Positions 12,541 to 23,917 of a stretch of DNA of 64,000 nt are shown here, piece by piece. A program made the position numbers and the translations under genes. The DNA comes from Asterias rubens. Lineage: Eukaryota. Every line of letters starts with the position of its first letter. The first letter of the stretch is position 1. The notes beneath the pieces were generated by a model, which searched no databases, was not told the DNA's origin, and saw only the letters and a list, made by a program, of their open reading frames with translations. The stretch spans positions 19,034,001 to 19,098,000 of the forward strand of contig NC_047065.1 in assembly GCF_902459465.1 (NCBI RefSeq), given 5' to 3'.

Positions 12541-12916
12541 ACTGAGATGAACTAATTCGTTCTTTAAGAAGGCAACATTAAACGAACATATCACATAATA
12601 TCACAATAGTGTCCAGTTTCTTTAAACTGAGATGAACTAATTCGTTCTTTAAGAAGGCAACATTAAACGAACATATCACAAATAATGTTTTGTTATAACG
12701 AGTTTGTTCACGTACTTAATTTGGGATGACAATGCTAACTGCAAGACATTACATGGTTTCTTAAATTGATATACTTTAAACTCCCAGTTGAGAATTGAAC
12801 CCGGATTACGGATCTAAAGGGATCTGACAAATTTCTGGTCAGGCTTACCCGGAAAGTGGTTACCAAATAATAATACTTTAACTACGGTAGTGCGTAAAAC
12901 ACGCTTACTTTCCCAT

Positions 12917-13211
12917 TAAAAGACACTGGACACTACTATTGATATTTTTTCAAATTACCAAGCTCAATCGGTCATCAAAGTTGGAAGATAATAATGAAAG
13001 AAAAAACACCCCTTTTACACGAAGTTGCGTGCTTTCAGATGCTTGATTTCGAGACCTCAGATTTAGAATTTGAGGAAATTTACTTCTTTTTCGAAAACTA
13101 CTCCACTTCAAATGGAGCCGTTTCTCACAATGTTTTATACTTCCAACCTCTCCCCATTACTCGTTACTAAGTAAAGTTTTGTGCTAATAATAATTTTGAG
13201 TAATTACCAAT
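12917..13211. mobile_element. TTAA MITE, opposite orientation, right end eroded; orthologs near 30137 and 55392
   Basis: TTAAaagacactggacacta... start and ...ttgagtaattaccaat end. Same internal family core in reverse. Confidence 0.65.
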
Positions 13212-13784
13212 TTTAGATCAATAATTGTGGCCCATTATTATAAGCCTTGTATTTTTGTGTGGTATACATTGTCTATTGCAATTATAGTTCTTATATTATA
13301 GCGCATTTACAATAACTGTATCAAATGTTTGTTTACATTGCAACCATAATTTGCACACAAAAAATGTGAAATGTAGCTTTTGCATTTTTTCTTTATCGGG
13401 TTAATGTAAACTCCCCGATGAGAAATCGACAATGAGTTCTAAAGGTTGGGGTCAAATGTTCAAAGCAATCAACTCAGAACTGCATTACACATACGCAAGG
13501 TGCAGCGGGTGGGTTTTTAGTGGGGTCGGAGTACAGCAATCAGTTTTTTGTGATATGAGTTTTAATTCCCTAAACTTGGAATCTGGGAAGCGTTGCTGTC
13601 AGTTAAACGCTTCTCAGATTGTGTATTCCTATTAGAGAATATTCCTTCTGCGGACAAAAAAAAATCGCTCAGGATTTTCAGCGATATCTCAAAAACACGA
13701 CCACCTTTTGAAACAGTGTTCCCACGTACATGTACATTTGTAAAGGATAAAAACAAGGTTCCAAAACAAAAGGTATAATTTGCC

Positions 13785-14080
13785 TTAAAGGATTTGGGTA
13801 CTTTTTCAAAATGTCCACAGATTTACATTAAACAGAAATGAGTAAAACAATGTCATGAAAATACGTTTTTACATGCTTAAAATAATTTTGGTCTCATGAT
13901 CTGTGAGACGAAAATTATTTTCATGACATCGTTTTACTCATTTCCCCAAAACTACAGCACCTCAGCACGTAATATTTTCAGTGAAGCTTTCTACTATCGT
14001 CATCTTCAAACTGTGTAAGTTTGGTGTAAATCTGTGGACATTGTGATTTTTGTCCTACCAAAAGTACATAGACCCTTTAA
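13785..14080. mobile_element. Second TTAA MITE family with internal nested palindromes; orthologs 30987-31282 and 56281-56576
   Basis: TTAAAGGatttgggtactttt...aaaagtacatagaCCCTTTAA. Inverted pairs aatgtccacagatttaca / tgtaaatctgtggacatt and aaatgagtaaaacaatgtcatgaaaata / tattttcatgacatcgttttactcattt. Confidence 0.8.
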
Positions 14081-14275
14081 TGCAAATTAGCTCCTAGTGG
14101 ATGATACCCATGCCTACATAAAATGTATCAGCCTCAATGTTGTCATTTCCCTATGCTACTCAAGCCGATAAAATGTCGGCCAAGGAGCAGTTACAGTTAA
14201 GTATGAATTTCCTTTTTGTCCACAAACGGTGAGAGTACAACTATTGACTTCACTCGAAATGTTTTTTTTCTAGCT

Positions 14276-17200
14276 ATGGATCGCAACGCAGATTCAGATG
14301 AATATACTGGCCAAGAAGAGCAACAGTCGGGTACCCGACCCAATCCTCATTTGCTCCGCACAACAGGTTCAGAAACACGTCATGAACGATCCTGGAGGGT
14401 TGACGGAGCGTCACGAGGTGTTGTTGGCGGACAGTCGAACAGGAATAACTTAACATGGACTCGGTCAAGTAATCACAGCGCTGCACCGGCTGCTGGCTCC
14501 TGGAGGAATATTAACAGGGAAGCAAGTGGAGGTGCTCGGCCCAAGGATAGCAATACGTTTTGGAGGAGAAACAACTTAGAGAGAGAAGATGACTCAAAGA
14601 CTCAAATAGACCGTCAGGAAACGCCAAACTGGCGACGGAGAGCAGAGAGTCAGGGAGAAGGGACAACAGAACAGCCAAGGGACACTTCTACGATCAGTAG
14701 TGACTTCTTTAGACGGCCAGGTAAACCGAGAAGCAATTGGTAAGTTAATAGTTAAGAGGAGGGTTTACGTTTGGTAGTCACTCTTGATTTTTAAAGGAAC
14801 ATTACAGAATTGGTTTTTGCTAACAAAACAGTTGCTGGCAGTGTAAGCACTTTAGGTAATCCATCATGCAACAACTGACAAATAATCTCCATTTAAGGAA
14901 ATAAATGGTTCCGGATTTGACAATATCATAAACAAAAGTCGACAATTTTTTTTAAAATAAAAACTCGCAAATTAAGTTGATTCTGTAAAATTACAGTTAT
15001 ATAGGATTAAAACAAACAAACGGTTCAAAAACTGAAGTTCACTTTGCCTTTGACTAATTGAATACAGCAACATAGGATAAATATGTTTTGCACACTAAAA
15101 TGTTCTTCTGTCAAACAAATGAATTTTATGCAAGCAAAGTTAAGTTTGTCACAAAATAAGTTGTATCATGATTGGACAATCAACTAATATTTAATAAAAT
15201 CATGTATTTTAGGTTTATTGTTCAACACAAAATTAAACGACAGTGTAATCGTTAAAGAACCAATACTGGTCAAGAAAAAAAAACTAACACAGTAATTTAA
15301 ACTATCAATTTTAAAATGTCACAAAAAAAGTTTATTGAAAAACAAATTCATCCTTACTTCAGAGTATGTACTCAGCAAACTGAACGAATTGCCTTCATTG
15401 CTTTGCCACTATAAACGGGTTACCTTTTCAAAAGCCGAACATTTTAAACCAAAGAACATCTCCAAAAAACAAATCCAAAATGCTGAGAATGTTTTACTGT
15501 TTAAATTTCAGGGGGTCAACAACCTCGAGCCCAACCAGTCCTCCAACCCCTGTAGAAGAAACTAAATGGCGTCGAGGACAGAGCGACGTTTGTTCGGGAT
15601 CAGGGAGATACACAGGTCAAGTTCAAGTAAAGCAGACTCCCAAGACGCCCTCAATGTCAGAGGAAGAACTCAAGACACTGCTGACGGCCAGTCCACAAGA
15701 AGTTCTCTCCAAGCTTCTGAGCAGAAAACACGAATGGTTGGCACTTTTAAATCTTGACTCATTCAATGATAATGTAATGACGTTAATACTTGGTGTTTTG
15801 TCGTGTATTTGTGATTTAAATGTAGATCCAAAAGTAAAGCAGGATATTCATATGGTATTCAGTATGATAGAGTCTGAAGGGTTTCTCAGTAAACATTTGA
15901 CGAGATACTTAGTAGGTTTGTCCACACAACAGCCGCATGATGATCAAGAAAGAGATAGTGAAACCCTTGCAAACAATATCAAAATGATTTTGAAATTGCT
16001 GCAAGTTTTCCTTGAACACAAGCCAGAAATTTATGGTGAAATGGGCGTGGTTCTGATTCTTCTCGAGAAGGCTGTTTCCCTGGCAGTGGTAGAATCTTGT
16101 ACTGACATCAATCATGAAGGTCATAGTTACATGATCCAGGTAGAGCAGTTGAAAGAATGCTATCATGCACTGGACGAGTCTCATCAGATAATACAACACG
16201 TTAAGGCACGGCAGCCACCCAACAACTTCAGAGAGATTCCAATCATCCCCGACAGTTTAGAGATTCAGAAACCAACAAAGCCATTCTTACGAAAGAACAT
16301 CTTAAAGGGAAGGTATCAAGACGTCGAGCATTATCTTGATGTGCAGTTCAGGTTGTTGAGGGAGGACTTTGTTGCACCGTTACGGGAAGGTATCGCAGAG
16401 TTTCTCTCTAAAGTAAACAATCATCATCAAGACATTCGGGTGTATCGCAAAGTCTCCGTTCAAGGTCAGAAGATTGGGAAAAGAGGTCAGTTCACCCTGG
16501 AGTTTGATGTCAAAGGTCTCAACCGTATCAACTGGCAAACCAGCAAGCGTCTGATATATGGTTCATTCGTCTGTCTCACTCAGGACAATTTCAAGAGCAT
16601 TTTATGTGCGTCTGTGGCAGATCGGAACACGAAGGACTTGGAAAAAGGTCTGGTTGATGTTTGTTTTCTTACCGAGTCTAGTAGAACGCCTACAGGTACC
16701 TTTGTCATGGTCGAATCTGCAGCTTATTTTGAAGCCTATCGACACGTCTTACTAGGGCTACAACGAATGAATAGCGACAATTTCCCTTTTGAAAGGTACA
16801 TTGTGAATGTTTCATGTAATGTTAGAACACCCAAGTATCTGAGCGAAGACTGCTCTGATGTGTATGACCTACGACCATTGGTTGTTGCAACTGATCAGGT
16901 CTTTGAAGATGAGGGTCTGACTGAAACCTTCGTAAATGCAGCCTGTGTGTCAATTTTAGATCCACAAAGTTGGCCGACTGCAGAGGCCTTACATCTTGAT
17001 GAGTCACAGAAGGCAGCTGTGCAGGCAGCGTTGACGAAGGAGTTTGCCATCATCCAAGGTCCACCAGGAACGGGGAAGACTTACATTGGTCTCAAGATCA
17101 TCGAAATACTTCTGTACAATACACCTACAACTCCAGACGCGTCTCCAATTCTGGTGGTGTGCTACACAAACCATGCTCTGGATCAGTTTCTGGAGGGAAT

Positions 17201-20200
17201 TCTAAACTTTGGTGAGGAGAACCTAGTTCGTGTTGGAAGCCGAAGCAAAAGTGAAGTGCTTGAGTCTCGAAATCTGTCCTATCTAAAGCGACATCTAGGT
17301 CGCCCGCCTAAGAACATGCAGCAAAGGGAAGTACTTGAAGAAACCGAAGCGAGTTTACACGAAACAAAATCAGCAATTCATTGTACACTTCTAAAAGTGG
17401 CTTTTGCTAAAACGATCATAATTCAAGTCGAGAAGCTAAACAATGTCATGAGCAACATACATCAACAAAGTTTTCAAAAGAATAAGAAGAGACCTGAGGA
17501 TCCAACAACAAACCTTCTGAACTGGCTAAATGTGGTTGATATCGATCATGAAAGTGATAGCTCCGATATGTCGGATTCAAATGAAGAAAAAGATGAATTT
17601 ATTGACGTAGAGGATGAAAGTGCACGGATACAACATGAACGCCGAATCGATGATGAAGATGACTCGAGAGTTTCCGAAGAACAGCGAAAGCAAAATGAGC
17701 TTTCCGTATTGAGACAAAATGCAGCATACAGCACTGAATGTAAGAAACGCTGTGGTTCAAATTTGGAGTCCACCCCGAAAGAAGAACTTAAGAAGGACGA
17801 CATGATGTCTGATAGAGAAGCTCCCAGAGTCACAAATGTATGGAGTCTGACGTTAAGCGATCGTTGGCGGCTTTACAGACTCTGGGTTAAGAAGTACATT
17901 GAAGAGCAGGAGGAGATGCTGACGGATTACCGCATAAGTTATGACAGCCTTTCAAAGGAAATTCAAGCTATGAAAAACAACGTAGATTTTGAAGTTCTCT
18001 CAAAAGCAAGAGTGATTGGAATGACGACAACAGGTGCGGCCAGATGTCAGTCGGTTCTGCAGCTTCTTGGTCCTCGTATTGTGATAGTGGAAGAGGCTGC
18101 TGAAGTTCTTGAAGCTCATATCATCACCGCCCTGGCTGCAAAATGTCAGCATCTTATTCTGATTGGAGATCATCAGCAGCTGAAGCCAAACCCAACAGTC
18201 TATCGCCTGGCTAAGGTCTTTAATATGGATACCTCCTTGTTTGAACGGATGATCAACAATGGCGTGCCTTGTCAAACATTGAACCACCAGCATCGTATGC
18301 GTCCTGAAATCTCAAAACTCATGAAGAAACATTTTTATAAAAATCTTCACGACGATGAGTCTGTGATGGATTTCGATGACATAAAAGGAGTAGCACATAA
18401 CATGTTTTTCATTGATCACAATCAGTTTGAAGATGAGGGTGATGACAACAAAACCAAGTCCAATCAGCATGAAGCGGAGGTCCTTGTCGAGTTGTGTAGG
18501 TACTTGTTACATCAAGGATATCAGCCCAAACAGATTACCATTCTAACCACCTACTTGGGTCAACTCTTCACCTTCAAGAAACTTATGGATAAAGGGACCT
18601 TCGAGGGAGTTCGGGTGTCTGTGGTTGACAATTTCCAGGGAGAAGAAAATGACATCATACTTTTGTCTTTGGTTCGAAGCAACGAAGAGGGCTCCATCGG
18701 GTTCCTGAAGACTTCAAACCGTGTCTGTGTTGCCTTGTCTAGAGCTCGCATGGGTTTCTACTGTATTGGCAACGCCAACATCCTGAGAAAGTCTTCTATC
18801 TGGAGTAGCATACTAAGAACCCTTGAAGATGAGAAGAAAATTAGCTCCTCGCTTGCATTGGTTTGTCAAAACCATTTAGTAGTAACAGCGGTAGCGACGG
18901 CCAGAGATTTCAAGGAGAAGGTTCAAGACGGAGGTTGTGGCGAGCCATGTGGGTACATGCTTCCATGTAATCACATGTGCAAATTACACTGCCATCCCTT
19001 TGATCAAAAGCATAGGGTTTACAAGTGTCAAGAGCCCTGCTCAAAGTTATGTAGAAGAGAGGAACACACGTGTCTGCTAAAATGCTATGAGGAATGCACA
19101 CCATGTTCGACAAACGTACACAAACTGATGCCAAAGTGTGGTCATGTTATTCAGGTTAAATGTGAGATGTTTGATTCAGTTACTTGTACCGAACCATGTC
19201 CTAGATCACTGCCATGTGGGCATCCATGTAGGAAGGCGTGCGGAGATTCGTGTCCTACTTGTATTGTCGAGGTTTCTAAATCGATGCCAGAGTGTGGTCA
19301 TGTTATCCAGGTTGAATGTCGTCGGTATGGGTCAATCACTTGTACAGAACCATGTCCTAGAACACTGTCATGTGGACATGCATGTAAAGGGGCGTGTGGT
19401 GCTAAATGCACTACTTACTGTACTGTCAAGGTCTCTAAACACGTTACAAAGTGTGGCCATGACGTCCTGATGGAATGTGCCAAGAACCCCGACTTAACGC
19501 CCTGTACTCATCTATGTGACAAGTTGCTGGTATGTGGCCATCGTTGCCCCAAAAAGTGCAGCAAGCCATGTCCAGAGGAAAGATTAGATGACGCCAAGAT
19601 GATGAATTTAAGGATCCATTTTAATTTCGAATCATTTTGCAAAGAGAAGTGTGAGCGGTCATTGCCTTGCGGCCATCCCTGTCCTAATAAATGTTGCGAA
19701 CCGTGCCCAAAGGAGACAGTGGACCCAACCTATGGTGAATACGTAAAGCTTCACGAAAAAGTTCGTGGTCATATTGTTGCCGGCAAACTGTTTATGGTGT
19801 GTACCCAAATCACAAATAAAAAGCTTCCTGGGTGTGATCATACTGTATTAGTGCCATGTCATGCTGATATTACGTCATTAACTTGCAAAGAGACCTGCAA
19901 CAAAGAGTTATCATGTGGTCATCGGTGCAAAGATAAATGTGGCGTCCCTTGCAAATGCAAACTGAGAGTCAACAGAAAGCTTCCATCTTGTGAACATTCT
20001 GCTCGGCTCCCTTGCTACCAAGATGTCAACTCCTATCAATGTGAGAAGAAATGTCAGAAAATGTTACAATGTGGACATCCATGTTCCAATAAATGCTGTG
20101 AACCCTGCCCAACGGATGGAGAAGACGCCCAAACTGAGAGCACTCGAAACTTACCAGCAAAGGCCTGTCAACGCTCTGTGAGGAAGAAGTTTAGAGGCTG

Positions 20201-21722
20201 CCACCACAGTGTTGTACTCCCATGTTATAAAGACGTTGAGTCGGTCGTATGTGCAGAAAGGTGTACCAAAGTGTTGTCGTGTAGTCACAAATGTCCAAAC
20301 CGATGTGGCGATCCATGTCCAAGTAGCAACCCTAAGAAGACAGACACTTACTGTGACTGGAATGATGATGGCAACAGTTCATCTGAACAAGATGACCTCT
20401 ATGTCAGAAAATGCCAACACTTTGTGAACAAAAAGATACCTTCTTGCGGTCACGTCATAGAAAGTCCATGCTATAAAAGCGTTGAATCACTGGTATGCCC
20501 AAAGCCCTGTGAGAAGATTCTTCCATGTGGTCATCAATGCGAAAATAAATGTGGGGAGCCGTGCCCGAACGAAGAATGTACATCCAGTGACGACGAAGAG
20601 GAAATGAATGAAAACGAATTTGTAAAACAGAAATGCCAAGTCACCGTTTCCAAGCAGCTACCTGACTGCTGGCATTTCATGAATCTTCCTTGCTACAAGA
20701 AAGCCGAGTCCGTTGATTGTTCAAATCCATGTGAGAAGATACTGAAGTGTGGTCACAAATGCCCAAATGAATGTGGTGAGACGTGTCTTGAGTCAGAACA
20801 GTGTGACGCGCTTGTGGAAAGGAACCTTTCTGGTTGTGGTCACAAAGTAGAAACTAACTGTTGCAGAAATGTCAAACTAATCACTTGCAGAGAGAAATGT
20901 GAAAAGGTTTTGCCGTGCGGTCATGTAATCAAATTGGCCTGCTGGAAAACATCTTATTCTGCAGCTATTACTAGTTGTCAGGAACTGTGCAGTCATTTAC
21001 TTCATTGTGGTCACAACTGTCCCGGTACATGTGGTTCCTGTGCAGGACCTGGTGGAGCACATAAAGTTTGCAATAACAAATGTGGAACTCGCCTTCTTTG
21101 TGGACATAGGTGCTCGGAAATGTGCTGTGATCATGAGCTCTGTTCACCACACAAACTTTGCAATAATTCTTCAAAGCGATTTCCCCCAAAATCCACGAAG
21201 AGTTTCAGATGTAAGCATCGGAGCAAAGCACGTACCACTTCTTGCAACCTTCCATGCATCCAAAAACTTCGTTGCAATCATTTCTGTCTTGGTGTTTGTG
21301 GTGAACCCTGTCCACCTGTTTGTCGTATCTGTCACAAAAAGGATGTCGCTGGCAAATATCCTCCGGGACCCATCCGTCCGAAGGAAACATTCATATACCT
21401 TGAAGACTGTGGACATCTTTGTGAAACACGGTTTCTTGATGAAATGTTTGCAGGTTTCCAGCCATCTGGAACAAGCTTTGTGCAGATCCAACCAGCTCTG
21501 TGCCCTAAATGCCATACACCAATTCGTACATGTCCACGTTATGAAGACGCCCTTCGCACAATCAAAGAGTCAGTAGACATAGCCAGAGAGAAATGTAACC
21601 AAGACCGATTTGTTAAGCTTTCTTTTGCTGTGGGTGGGTGGATGAGGTGTCCGGAAGGTCATGTTTTCTGTCAAGACAAAGCATCAGATGATTTACTTTG
21701 CCCTGATTGCTCTTCCTACTAG
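14276..21722 (+). CDS. ZNFX1: ZNFX1-like NFX1-type zinc-finger SF1 RNA helicase, copy A, intact; exons 14276-14739 and 15512-21722 (~2224 aa)
   Basis: ZNFX1-typical YLDVQFRLLREDF and YFEAYRHVL; Walker A IQGPPGTGKT, Walker B IVEEAAEV, LIGDHQQL, QHRM, VDNFQGEEND, NRVCVALSRAR; long CGH-CxxxC array; C-terminal EDCGH...CPKC and WMRCPEGH...CPDC. Phase-2 intron tg|GTAAGT...tttcAG|g joins the exons in frame. Confidence 0.95.
20286..20753 (+). repeat. Single copy of the 468-bp zinc-finger cassette in copy A
   Basis: Bounded by cacaaatg at 20286 and 20754. Same unit is tandem in copies B and C. Confidence 0.9.
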
Positions 21723-21796
21723 CAATCAGAATCTTCAAGCGATGACATGAAATATTGTGAATGAGGACCAATGCAAACACTATGGGAAGCATACGT

Positions 21797-22032
21797 TTAA
21801 TGACAGTGGACACTATTGGTAATTGTCAAAGACCAGTCTTTTCACTTGGTGTATATCCACACATGCATAAAATAACAAACCTGTGAGATTTGAGCTCAAT
21901 CGGTTGTCGAAGTTGCGAGATAATAATGAAAGATAAAAACACTCGTCACAGAAAGTTGTGTGCTCTCAGATGCTTGTTTTCGAGACTTAAAATTCTAAAC
22001 TTGAGGTCTCGAAATCAAATTCGTGAAAAATT
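21797..22032. mobile_element. TTAA MITE in the 3'UTR, truncated in A, complete in B (41840-42129)
   Basis: TTAAtgacagtggacactattggtaattgtcaaagacc start 75 bp after the stop. B copy ends ...cactgcctTTAA. Confidence 0.75.
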
Positions 22033-22186
22033 TGCCTCCGTGGAGTGGCAGGACTGCTTATAAGATCTCGTTCAGGAGAAAACCTCATAACAAAAATAAC
22101 ACACCAATAAATCATCCACGAGCTATATAATAAAGAACGAGTAAAGGTTGTTATTAAAGGTCACATTTTATTATATATTTCTTATA

Positions 22187-22323
22187 ATGGGAGACTTTGG
22201 AACACTAGGTGAAGCAGACTTACCAGGTAAATTTTCATGTTTACGTAGTTGTGAGCATGCGCACATTACCAAGAACATTTGACTTTACCTAGTAAGTCTA
22301 TACTGCCACCAAGCGTCCCAAAA
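22187..22323. mobile_element. Short MITE-like element with imperfect long TIRs (partial copy near 42135-42240)
   Basis: tttggaacactaggtgaagcagacttaccaggtaaa inverted against tttacctagtaagtctatactgccaccaagcgtcccaaaa. Confidence 0.6.
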
Positions 22324-22380
22324 GAAGGATGGAAATATCAATGTATCTCAGATATTGACTTACCTTTTTTTTAATAAAGG

Positions 22381-22520
22381 TTCACATGATGATTCACCTG
22401 GTGGTGCAGGGTTCATGCAATGGATCACGTGATGGATCGTGTATGGGTCACGTGGTGAATCACGAGATGGTTCACGCGATTGTTCAGTGATGGTTCATGT
22501 TATTTCGGGACGGTTCGCGT
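22381..22520 (+). repeat. Degenerate 12-bp minisatellite (consensus ~TCACGTGATGGT); copy at ~42297-42445
   Basis: Successive 12-mers ttcacatgatga, ttcacctggtgg, atcacgtgatgg, tcacgtggtgaa, tcacgagatggt, tcacgcgattgt. Confidence 0.7.
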
Positions 22521-22607
22521 TATAGTTAGGCTACGCGGGTGTATTTTTTAAACAACGTTGTTATGTGAGAAAAATGTGTTGTAAAATCTGTGTTTTGAAA
22601 TTAAGCT

Positions 22608-22940
22608 TTAAAGGGAATGTACAATATTGGTAATTGTCAAAGACCCGTGTTCTCACTTGGTGTATCGAACTTGCGAAATAATAATGAAAGAAAAAACACA
22701 CTTGTCACACGGAGTTGTGTGCGTTTGGATGGTTGATTTCGAGACCTCAAGTTCTAAATTATGAGGTCTCGAAATCAAATTCGTGGAAAATTACTTCTAT
22801 CTCGAAAACTATGGCACTTTAGAGGGAGCCGTTTTTCACAATGTGTTATACCATCAACCTCTCCCCATTACTCGTCACCAAGAAAGATTTTATGCTAATA
22901 ATTATTTTGAGTAATTACCAATAGTGTCCACTGCCTTTAA
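22608..22940. mobile_element. TTAA MITE (Kolobok-like), both ends present; ortholog 42533-42825
   Basis: TTAAAGGgaatgtacaatattggtaattg...attaccaatagtgtccactgCCTTTAA. Confidence 0.8.
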
Positions 22941-23844
22941 TGTGGTCATTTATTTGTAGCCGTCATAACTGGGTTAGAACTGATCGGGACTGCGGGGTCA
23001 GGAGGAAACCATTTTTGGTCAGGTTGACCCGGAAACTGGTCAAACATTGGGTTTTAATTTGGATTCTGCGCCTGATCCATTTATTGGTTGCGTTAACACA
23101 GATTCCGGGTCAATCTGATCCAGATCGGCTCAGGGAAGATATGAACAAAACAAATAAATATATTTTCAGTGCTTACAGTGTTATCTATGCATCAACTACT
23201 CAAACTTAATGGTTGAAAGCTTCTTAGTACATTGCTGTATATAAAGAAAACATGACTAAGTAAACATAATGTGAAGTACACTTATAGACCTATATATGGA
23301 AAACAATAGAACCGTAAGCTTTTAAATATTATGTGGAATAAGCTATGTAAAGCAAATTGTGGTTTTATAGTTAACAATTTTGTGTTCGTAATGCGTTTAA
23401 AAGTACTGAATTATAACACTCAAACTGGACCTGTTTAACGTAACATTTCATTATTACATAATATGAATATTACACGAAGAGCGACACATTAATGCGAACA
23501 TTTTGTTCAGAACCTGGAGAGATTACTTGAATTTCATGGAATTTTCTGCAGAATCAGAGAGAGCTAGCAGCCCTTGATAAGTTGTTAAGTTGATGATTGT
23601 TGAAAGATCACTTATGAAATCCCTAAATATTTACGTGTCTCTATTACACGCTTTCTGTGAGTCCTTGATTTAACTTGCCGTATTATCAGTATTTTCATTA
23701 CAGATTTCTTGGTGATTTCCAACACTTTTTAATTAAAGTATTATACATCCCCGTTGCAAATTTAATCTTTTAACATCTATTATTATCGTTGTGGTAGCCT
23801 TTGCCAAAACATATGATTCGAACTGCCTCTAGCCACCGGGCAAT

Positions 23845-23917
23845 CTCGGTGCATGGTCTAGTTTGGTAAGACACTGCTCTAGAGTTGCAAGGGTCGTTGG
23901 TTCGAATCCCACCCGAG
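23845..23917 (+). mobile_element. tRNA-derived SINE head / tRNA pseudogene
   Basis: A-box-like TGGTCTAGTTTGG, B-box GGTTCGAATCC, ctcgg/ccgag acceptor-like ends, gtct/agac D-stem; other stems degenerate. Confidence 0.7.

Noticed and set aside
14721-14726. Alternative donor ccag|GTAAAC
   Set aside because: Gives phase 1, incompatible with the acceptor at 15511; the donor at 14740 fits.
15480-15511. ORF-track start MLRMFYCLNFR as the protein N-terminus
   Set aside because: It lies in the polypyrimidine/acceptor region (tttcAG at 15510-15511); the upstream exon joins in phase 2.
15566-21813. Many short alternate-frame and antisense ORFs within ZNFX1 (repeated in B and C)
   Set aside because: Shadow ORFs of the long coding frame; they recur only because the gene is duplicated.
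23845-23917. Functional tRNA gene
   Set aside because: Acceptor, anticodon and T stems have mismatches; better explained as a SINE head or pseudogene.
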